10,508 bases of DNA, taken from the NCBI GenBank assembly GCA_013375475.1, contig JABXKD010000106.1:1-10508 (forward strand). The letters run 5' to 3'. Of this stretch, positions 1 through 6,438 are shown in pieces. Under the pieces are notes generated by a model. The model saw nothing but the letters and a program-made list of their open reading frames with translations, searched no databases and was not told the DNA's origin. The DNA is from Promethearchaeota archaeon (GTDB lineage Archaea > Asgardarchaeota > Lokiarchaeia > Sigyniarchaeales > SOKP01). A program made the position numbers and the translations under genes. Each line of letters starts with the position of its first letter. The stretch's first letter is position 1.

Positions 1-297
1 GTAACCAAAAACGACCTTGAAAAACTAAAAAAGAAAGGTGTGGACGATATTGATGAAGTTCTTAAAATGCTCTGGGAAACTCAGATGATTCAAGTATTTC
101 AAGACGACAGAAATAACGAATATTATGCATTGCTATCAGATTTTTACATAGATAAAATCTTTCCAAAATACTTGTTGAATGTCATAAAAGCAGAATATGA
201 GAAGAAATCAAAAGCAGATCAAGTCCTAGTCGAATACCTAAATATTCTCGAAAATTCTTATCTTAACTTGAAATCAGCTGTTAAATCCGAAGATTAA
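1..297 (+). CDS. Hypothetical protein, C-terminal part (5'-truncated by window edge); possible winged-helix segment
   Basis: The frame of the 40..297 ORF is open back to base 1 (VTKNDLEKLKKKG-VDDIDEVLKMLWETQMIQVFQDDRNNEYYALL...), so the GTG at 40 is probably internal. It ends with TAA at 295-297 and is followed by a long T-tract. Confidence 0.8.
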   Translation, partial: VTKNDLEKLKKKGVDDIDEVLKMLWETQMIQVFQDDRNNEYYALLSDFYIDKIFPKYLLNVIKAEYEKKSKADQVLVEYLNILENSYLNLKSAVKSED

Positions 298-298
298 A

Positions 299-344
299 TT
301 TTTATTATTTTTTTTTATTATTTTTTAATTTTTTTATACTTTTT
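299..344 (+). terminator. Oligo-T tract, probable archaeal intrinsic terminator
   Basis: About 45 nt of nearly pure T runs directly follow the stop of the first CDS. Archaeal intrinsic termination uses U-tracts. Confidence 0.55.
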
Positions 345-395
345 ATGAACAACAATATTTTTCAATATTCTAATATTATTTTCTTCGATATAATT

Positions 396-1739
396 ATGGC
401 ACCTGAAGAAGAATATTTTGAAAGTTGTAAGCAATATTTGGATGTTCCTGAAGCGATTGGATTAGATGGGATTGACCTTGAGTCTTATATAATTGCTTCT
501 TACATTATCAAAAGGCCCCGTGGAATGAATGTAAACTATTTATCTAGGTTTGCTGCTATTGAACAATCAACTGGGACCTGGGTAAGAGTACCCGCTGAAA
601 CGGCAGAGGTCCGGAAGGAGCATGTCGCCAGAGTGCTTGGTGTGTATGAGATTCCACATTATGAGTATGTACTTCCATCTAAAACAGATCATCCGGAAAG
701 ACTTTATTTCGTTCAAATTGGTTTTCCTATCTCAAACATAAAAGGAGACGGTATTCCAATGCTTCTTACATCTGTAATAGGAAATATAAGTTTAACTCAC
801 GGATTAAAATTAGTGGATCTTGCATTTCCTAAAGCATATTTAGAGGATTTTAAAGGCCCAAAATTCGGAATTGATGGGCTACGAAAGCTTCTAAAAGTGC
901 CTGAAAGGCCTATGTTAAATAATATGGTGAAACCATGTACTGGTCATACATGTGATGTCGCAGCAGATTTAGTTTATCAAGCTGCTGTTGGAGGGTGTGA
1001 TGTCGTAAAAGATGATGAACTTATTTCAAATCCCGCCTTCAATAGATTAGAAGATCGGATTTCAGCAGTTATGGAATCTATAGATAGAGCCGATTCTGAA
1101 AAAGGAGAAAAGACACTATACACTATTAACATTACAAGTAAATTTCCTGAGATGTTTGAATATGCTGATAAAATGGTTGAGATGGGCGCGAATGCATTAA
1201 TGATTAATTATTTATCTGCGGGTTTTGAAGCATTAAGAGCAGTTTGCGAAGATCCTTCCATTAAAGTACCAGTACTGGGCCACATGGACTTTGGAGGAGC
1301 GTATATTGGAGGAGAATGGACGGGCTTAACAAGTATGCTTGTATTAGCAAAATTCCCAAGAATGTGTGGAGCTGATACAGTTGTGATCCCTGCACCTTAC
1401 GGAAAAGCAGAGATATTAGAAGAACGATACGAACAGAACCTAAAAGCGCTACGATATCCATTTAAACACATAAAACCAACTTTACCGATGCCAAGCGGAG
1501 GTATTACTCAAGGGATGGTTGAAAAAACTATGAAAGAAGCCGGAAAGGATATTCTAATAGGAAGTGGTGGAGGAATTCACAGTCATCCCGATGGACCAAT
1601 CGCTGGTGCAAAGGCATTTAGACAAGCTATTCACGCAGTAATGAACGGAATCGAAGTTAAAAAATACGCGAAGGAACACGAAGAGCTTGGTAAAGCTCTT
1701 GGGGTATGGGGTACTGGAAAAACGCAGTTAATTGAATAA
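396..1739 (+). CDS. RuBisCO-like protein (form IV RLP), probably non-carboxylating
   Basis: RuBisCO large-chain motifs appear in order: AIEQSTGTW, GN, GPKFG, VKPCTG, GGCDVVKDDE (KDDE at 1008-1019), GHMD, PYGK, PMPSGG, GSGGGIHSHPDG. By-eye alignment to RbcL shows K177->C, R295->M and H327->V, as expected for form IV. I prefer the ATG at 396 (MAPEEE, 447 aa) over 345 because the first 17 codons are AT-rich, intergenic-like sequence. Confidence 0.9.
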   Translation: MAPEEEYFESCKQYLDVPEAIGLDGIDLESYIIASYIIKRPRGMNVNYLSRFAAIEQSTGTWVRVPAETAEVRKEHVARVLGVYEIPHYEYVLPSKTDHPERLYFVQIGFPISNIKGDGIPMLLTSVIGNISLTHGLKLVDLAFPKAYLEDFKGPKFGIDGLRKLLKVPERPMLNNMVKPCTGHTCDVAADLVYQAAVGGCDVVKDDELISNPAFNRLEDRISAVMESIDRADSEKGEKTLYTINITSKFPEMFEYADKMVEMGANALMINYLSAGFEALRAVCEDPSIKVPVLGHMDFGGAYIGGEWTGLTSMLVLAKFPRMCGADTVVIPAPYGKAEILEERYEQNLKALRYPFKHIKPTLPMPSGGITQGMVEKTMKEAGKDILIGSGGGIHSHPDGPIAGAKAFRQAIHAVMNGIEVKKYAKEHEELGKALGVWGTGKTQLIE

Positions 1740-1768
1740 TTTCAGTTTTTTTTTATTTCTTACTTTTT
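1740..1768 (+). terminator. Oligo-T tract, probable terminator of the RLP gene
   Basis: tttcagttttttttatttcttacttttt immediately follows the RLP stop, in the gap between convergent genes. Confidence 0.5.
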
Positions 1769-1783
1769 AATCTCGTTAAATTA

Positions 1784-2770
1784 TTATTTAATATTTTCAA
1801 ATCTTTTTTCTAGATTTCTTAAAGAGCTTTCTTTTAGTATTCTAATTTCTGGCCTAAAATCTGAAACATTAATGATGTTGGCAATTTCATTTCCTCTTAA
1901 ATCAATGAACTCTAAAAGAGGGAGTTGTTTCAAGTATTCTATGTTCTGAGGATCACTTATCTTATTATTCGATAAGTCTAAATATATTAAACTTTTAATA
2001 TCAACCAAATCTTTAATGTCTTTAATATAATTATTGGAAAGATTTAATTCTTGTAAATTTAATAGGTTTTTCAAACCAGTTATCTTGGATAATGATTCAA
2101 TATTATTCTTCCATCCCCAAGGTGTTCCTTTAACTTCAAATTCGAGATAATCGGATAAATCCAATTTTTCAACTAATAAATTTGACAAATTTAGTTCAAA
2201 ATATACATTTGGAATCTCATCAATTATTTTTTTAATAGTAAAAAAGTTAATAAGAATATCTCCAAGATGTTTATGAGAATAAGTAATAATTTTATTCCTC
2301 TTAATTAGAGGTTTTAAAGCTTTTTTATATCTTTTATTTTCATAACCGATTTCGGAGTTTAAATATTTATTATTTCTAATTTTCTTTAATTGTTCAATTA
2401 AAACTGCTTTAGATTCATTAGAATTGATTTTCACCAAAGCTTTAACAATTGTAAATAAGCATTGATAGAACATTTCATGTTGAATCGACCATTTAAATAC
2501 TGCTAAACTATCGTTAAGATGATGTTCGCTCAAATAAATTGCCCCAGCATTCCTAATATTTTCGTTTGAATCAGATAGCAGTAAATTTTCGAATAAGATG
2601 AATAGGTTCTCATGGATTAATTTCATTTTACCAAGAATTTTGATTGATTCTTCTCTAATTTCATCATTGTCGTAATTTTCAATGATTGAAGTTAATTGCT
2701 TAATAGCTGTAAACTTATCTAAGCGATTATTTATATAATCTTTATAAATGGTATTAGGATTTAATTCCAT
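1784..2770 (-). CDS. HEAT-repeat plus leucine-rich-repeat protein (SDS22/U2A'-like LRRs)
   Basis: The N-terminus has HEAT-like pairs (DNDEIREESIKILGK; SDSNENIRNAGAIYL). The C-terminus has LxxLxLxxN repeats (LQELNLSNNYI, LIYLDLSNNKI, LEFIDLRGNEI). Confidence 0.85.
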   Translation of the reverse strand: MELNPNTIYKDYINNRLDKFTAIKQLTSIIENYDNDEIREESIKILGKMKLIHENLFILFENLLLSDSNENIRNAGAIYLSEHHLNDSLAVFKWSIQHEMFYQCLFTIVKALVKINSNESKAVLIEQLKKIRNNKYLNSEIGYENKRYKKALKPLIKRNKIITYSHKHLGDILINFFTIKKIIDEIPNVYFELNLSNLLVEKLDLSDYLEFEVKGTPWGWKNNIESLSKITGLKNLLNLQELNLSNNYIKDIKDLVDIKSLIYLDLSNNKISDPQNIEYLKQLPLLEFIDLRGNEIANIINVSDFRPEIRILKESSLRNLEKRFENIK

Positions 2771-2841
2771 GGTGAGATTTTATTGAAAATTAATTTTTAT
2801 CAAAAACTTAATTGAATAAAGGCAACTTAAAATTAAAATTG

Positions 2842-4020
2842 TTAAGTAAATTTTCTTCCTGGAACTTGACTAGTTAATTCTTTAATGGTGCCTTTCAGTT
2901 TATTAAAGGGTCTTAAGTTTCCGGAAAAGGGGGTGTTTATTCCATGATACAAAATAGGCTCTAATTGAGCTTCAATATTATCTATCTTTTTTAAATTTCC
3001 TTCAGTTAAACAAGAAAGGAAATAATCATTTCTGTATTTTTTAAAAGTTAAAAATCGATATCTTTGAAATCCCAATTTAACAGCTATCCAACGAGGGTAA
3101 GCGCCCGTATTTCCTAACGTATTTGCAGCGATCGCCTCTACCTTTGCGGTTAGTAGAGACTCCTTCATTTCGTTTTCTTCTGCAGGATTCTCAAATTCTC
3201 CAGGTACTTTTACATTCAATCTTTCTTCGTCATCGAGTAAAATTGATATCACACCAATAGACATGGAAGATAATCCTACATAATCTAACCTAAGCCAATC
3301 TTCCACATAAGGAATCTCTTGATCTGAAAATACATCTTCTAATTGCATATATTCTTTAAAAATAAAAAGAAGATTTCCTTTAAACTTCTTTTCAATGTCA
3401 AACTTTTCTAATTTAGTTAAGTTGTTAACATCCTTACCACGAACTAATTCTGAGAAAAATTTTGCCATCTGCTCAAGGACCCATTTACCTTTTTTATCAG
3501 GAAATTTCCCGTAAAGGATGTAAATTATATTATCCTTTTCGAAGAATTGACATTTATCTGTTTCGTTCTGTTCAGATTTGAGGAGCATTTTATCAAGATC
3601 CCCCCCCAAAATGCTCGTAGCTATGAAATCTAAATTATTGGTTAATTCCAACAAAAAAAGGAGTTTTTTATTAGTTGCAAATAATGGCGTTCTATCAACT
3701 GAAGTAATACCGCAAAATTTTACATACTCCTTTCCTCCTTTTAAATCGATTTTATCGTCGTCTAAAGAGATGGATGATCCCACTTCTTTTTTTCTAACTC
3801 CGTGTATTTTTGAGGAGGCCGTTTTAGTTTTTGGTTTGAATTCTTTAGGATCGAGTTTTTTCGATTCAACCTCTGTGTTATTAGCATGTGGGAAAAGATT
3901 AGGTAGAAATTTATTACATTTTGGGCATAGCTGGTTTTTTGGATATGGTTTCACAATTGTATATCCACAATTTTCACATACAACTTGATCTTTCTTAGAT
4001 GAAAATAGAGGATTAGGGAT
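2842..4020 (-). CDS. Zn-ribbon plus two putative longin/roadblock-like domains; start position uncertain (ORF track start 3954)
   Basis: This is a 370-aa ORF whose frame stays open for 22 more codons upstream (IPNPLFSSKKDQVVCENCGYTI), completing CENC-x13-CPKC. A Lys/Ser-rich linker follows, then two ~125-145 aa alpha/beta units with a beta-beta-alpha-beta-beta-beta-alpha pattern. The CDS is confident; the domain call and start site are inferred. Confidence 0.65.
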   Translation of the reverse strand: MPNPLFSSKKDQVVCENCGYTIVKPYPKNQLCPKCNKFLPNLFPHANNTEVESKKLDPKEFKPKTKTASSKIHGVRKKEVGSSISLDDDKIDLKGGKEYVKFCGITSVDRTPLFATNKKLLFLLELTNNLDFIATSILGGDLDKMLLKSEQNETDKCQFFEKDNIIYILYGKFPDKKGKWVLEQMAKFFSELVRGKDVNNLTKLEKFDIEKKFKGNLLFIFKEYMQLEDVFSDQEIPYVEDWLRLDYVGLSSMSIGVISILLDDEERLNVKVPGEFENPAEENEMKESLLTAKVEAIAANTLGNTGAYPRWIAVKLGFQRYRFLTFKKYRNDYFLSCLTEGNLKKIDNIEAQLEPILYHGINTPFSGNLRPFNKLKGTIKELTSQVPGRKFT

Positions 4021-4030
4021 TCAAAACCAA

Positions 4031-4035
4031 CTCCA
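4031..4035 (-). promoter_or_regulatory. Possible Shine-Dalgarno-like TGGAG upstream of the Zn-ribbon/longin-like gene
   Basis: The minus strand reads ACTAC-TGGAG-TTGGTTTTGA-ATCCCT. GGAG is 10 nt before the ATC at 4020 and 6 nt before an out-of-frame TTG at 4024. Confidence 0.3.
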
Positions 4036-4124
4036 GTAGTAATTTTACTTTGTTTTGGATAATTAAATCTAACATTTAATTATTATGTGAAGAAAATAAA
4101 AAATTTAGTATAAATATATTGGGT

Positions 4125-5216
4125 TTATAAATATTTTTCAGCAATGGAATTAAATACTTCTAAAAATTTATCGTTTTCTTCTTTTGTTCCAATAGTGATT
4201 CTGATATAATTATAAAGCCCTGGTTTACTGAAATGCCTTACCAAAATTTTAAGGTCTTTCAAGTCCCATAAGAATTTCAAAGTTGTAGATTTATCATCAA
4301 ATTTTATAAATATAAAGTTCGCATCTGAAGGAAGGACACTTATACCGTTGTAAATACTTAGTTTTTCTGAGAGTCTTTTTCTCTCATTAATAATTTTCTT
4401 ATTTTGTTCGTATACTTTATTCCTATGTTTAATACAAGAGATAGCTGCAAGTTGTGCAATATTATTTGTGTTATAAGGTAACTTAACTCTATTCATTTCT
4501 TTAACGATTATGGCATCAGCTAATGCGTAACCAATTCTCAGTGAAGCCAAGGAGAATGTCTTTGAAAAACTACGGTACACAATTAAATTATTAACATCTT
4601 TCAATAATGGTAGACATGTATTGTCAGAAAAATCTGCGTATGCTTCGTCTACTACAACAATTCCGGGGAAATTATAGCAAATTTTAAGTATCGTATCGTT
4701 ATCAAACGATTTTCCATTAGGATCGTTTGGAGAATTTATTAACAACAGCTTACCTTTTTGGTCATAAATACTCTCTGGTATAGAAAAATCGTCTTTTAAT
4801 TTTATCTCATTTATTTTTGCATCGTAAAGATTAGCTAAAACTTTATATAAACTAAAGGAAGGATAGAAAATAATAACCTCTTCGCCAGGATTAATGAATA
4901 CTTTAAATATAACGTCCAATACTTCATCTGATCCATTTCCGATAAAAACAGTATTTCGATTAGTTAATGTATCTTTGTCTCTTAAGAGTTGATTTAGAAT
5001 TGCTTTACGAAGCTCAAGAGCAAAAGGATCGGGATACTTTCTTAATATTTCTTTACTTTTTAAAGAGGAAGCTATATCGTCAAGTATTTCTTGGATTGGT
5101 GGATACGGATTTTCATTTACATTTAATTTTATCCAACCCTCGCCTTCTGGATTTTCCTCTGTTTCATAGGCATTATAATTTTGAAGATGTTCTCTAAATA
5201 ATTTTTCAATTTCCAT
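4125..5216 (-). CDS. hisC: Histidinol-phosphate aminotransferase (PLP-dependent, class I/II)
   Basis: Motifs KLNVNENPY, YPDP, GNGSDE, SPNDPNG, VVDEAY, RSFSKTFSLASLRIGY (PLP lysine), PSDANF and IRITIG are present, at the typical length of 363 aa. Confidence 0.88.
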   Translation of the reverse strand: MEIEKLFREHLQNYNAYETEENPEGEGWIKLNVNENPYPPIQEILDDIASSLKSKEILRKYPDPFALELRKAILNQLLRDKDTLTNRNTVFIGNGSDEVLDVIFKVFINPGEEVIIFYPSFSLYKVLANLYDAKINEIKLKDDFSIPESIYDQKGKLLLINSPNDPNGKSFDNDTILKICYNFPGIVVVDEAYADFSDNTCLPLLKDVNNLIVYRSFSKTFSLASLRIGYALADAIIVKEMNRVKLPYNTNNIAQLAAISCIKHRNKVYEQNKKIINERKRLSEKLSIYNGISVLPSDANFIFIKFDDKSTTLKFLWDLKDLKILVRHFSKPGLYNYIRITIGTKEENDKFLEVFNSIAEKYL

Positions 5217-5435
5217 TTTATTTACCTTGTAATTAGAAATAGAATAAGTGCCAGTTAATTCTATATAGTTAATATTTAAAGTTACAAATTACTACCATTT
5301 ATTTTTTGTCTTTGTGCTCATTCTTTTTTTACTGTAAAAAAACAGATTAAAAAACCAATTTTTAAATGTATGAAATCTATTAATTTTATAATATCCTTTA
5401 ATGATGATAAATATTTATTGTTGAGAAGATAATTA
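5217..5435. promoter_or_regulatory. Divergent intergenic region expected to hold promoters for hisC (-) and the gelsolin-domain gene (+)
   Basis: This is a 219-bp very AT-rich gap between divergent starts. It has several TATA-like words (e.g. TTTATAAT near 5385-5392), none uniquely assignable. AAGGT lies shortly upstream of the hisC ATG on the minus strand. Confidence 0.5.
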
Positions 5436-6323
5436 ATGGAATTCGCAATAATGTTCCAAGTTTTGGAAGGCGGTGTAAGCGAGCCTATAAAATGGTCTAA
5501 AGATAATTTAACTCCTGATAATAATATTATAATCTTAGATGAAGGGACATCCTCGCTTTATTTATGGTATGGAGCTAAACAAGGTTTAGTTTCAAGGAGA
5601 ACCGCTCTCAGACAGGCAGAATCTTTAAAAGGGCATGGTTTTTCAGTAGGGAAAAGCATAGTGGGAAGAGATATAAGAGATTTAAAAGAAATAGATCAAA
5701 GGAAAATTGGAAGAGTACTAGAAATCGACGAATTAAACGAGGAGCTTCAAACGCTGTTAAATAAAAATTTCAAACCTTTAGATGATTACACCGTTACTTT
5801 TGAGTTAGAAGCAGATTTTCCTACAACAATGAAACCCAAAATTGAACCTAAACCCGAACCCAAAGCGGAGCCCAAATTTACACCAGAACCAGTACCCGAA
5901 CCAATATATAAACCAGAGCCCATAAAAAAGGTAACTCCACCTCAACCAAAAATGATACGGGCTTCTGAATATGATACAGAAGTTGAAACTTCAACAATCA
6001 GCGAACCGGTTGAGACAAAAATCTCAAAACCGACCCCAGTTTCCACCCCTGAACAACCTATCACACCCAAGTCTAAAGTAAATCTTGATATCCAAGCTAA
6101 GATAGGATTTGTGATAATTGGAGTATTAGATCATTACGATGATATATGGATTTCAAAGAAAGAGGATGGGGGGTATTCTGTTGAACAAATGGATGGAAAG
6201 GTCTGCGAATTCTCAATTTCCGAAGGTAAGATAAAATTCACTTCAGATTCTTTTTCTGGAATTTCTACCAATGTTAAAACGGAAATACAGAAGAAATTTG
6301 TAGATCTTTCAAAATTTTTATAA
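5436..6323 (+). CDS. Gelsolin-like domain protein with Pro/Glu/Lys-rich linker and C-terminal domain of unknown family
   Basis: NLTPDNNIIILDEGTSSLYLWYGAKQGLVSRRTALRQAESL fits the gelsolin repeat pattern (L...D.hhhD....hYhWhG.......R..A...A..h). Residues ~129-212 are low complexity, and residues ~216-295 look like a compact alpha/beta domain. Confidence 0.72.
   Translation: MEFAIMFQVLEGGVSEPIKWSKDNLTPDNNIIILDEGTSSLYLWYGAKQGLVSRRTALRQAESLKGHGFSVGKSIVGRDIRDLKEIDQRKIGRVLEIDELNEELQTLLNKNFKPLDDYTVTFELEADFPTTMKPKIEPKPEPKAEPKFTPEPVPEPIYKPEPIKKVTPPQPKMIRASEYDTEVETSTISEPVETKISKPTPVSTPEQPITPKSKVNLDIQAKIGFVIIGVLDHYDDIWISKKEDGGYSVEQMDGKVCEFSISEGKIKFTSDSFSGISTNVKTEIQKKFVDLSKFL
5820..6071 (+). repeat. Low-complexity Pro-rich coding segment with degenerate EPK/PEP repeats
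   Basis: It encodes KPKIEPKPEPKAEPKFTPEPVPEPIYKPEP...TPPQPK...KPTPVSTPEQPITPK. The DNA shows recurring gaacc/cccaaa words and local C enrichment. Confidence 0.7.
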
Positions 6324-6342
6324 TTTTTTTTCCTAATTTTTT
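6324..6342 (+). terminator. Oligo-T tract, probable terminator of the gelsolin-domain gene
   Basis: ttttttttcctaatttttt directly follows the TAA stop. Confidence 0.45.
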
Positions 6343-6438
6343 AAATATTGGAGTTTAAATCATAAGCCTTTTTCTTTAATTATAAGAATTTCAATAGTGA
6401 CTTATAATATATTTTAGATAAACCCATTGATTGATAAG

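Noticed and set aside
345-395. 17-aa N-terminal extension of the RLP from the ORF track
   Set aside because: It is AT-rich, Asn/Ile/Phe-biased sequence abutting a T-tract, and is more likely promoter/UTR. The ATG at 396 is preferred.
1261-1461. 66-aa minus-strand ORF
   Set aside because: It is an antisense shadow within the RLP gene and has no motifs.
396-1739. Bona fide CO2-fixing RuBisCO (form III rbcL)
   Set aside because: The K177, R295 and H327 equivalents are substituted (C, M, V), which is inconsistent with RuBP carboxylation.
3578-3988. 136-aa plus-strand ORF
   Set aside because: It is antisense to the longin-like gene. Its Ser/Phe/Leu bias is the mirror of Lys/Glu-rich codons on the coding strand.
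4967-5197. 76-aa plus-strand ORF
   Set aside because: It is antisense within hisC and has no recognisable features.
5407-5418. Perfect 12-bp palindrome ATAAATATTTAT upstream of the gelsolin-domain gene
   Set aside because: It is A/T-only in a very AT-rich gap, so it cannot be distinguished from chance or from a TATA element.
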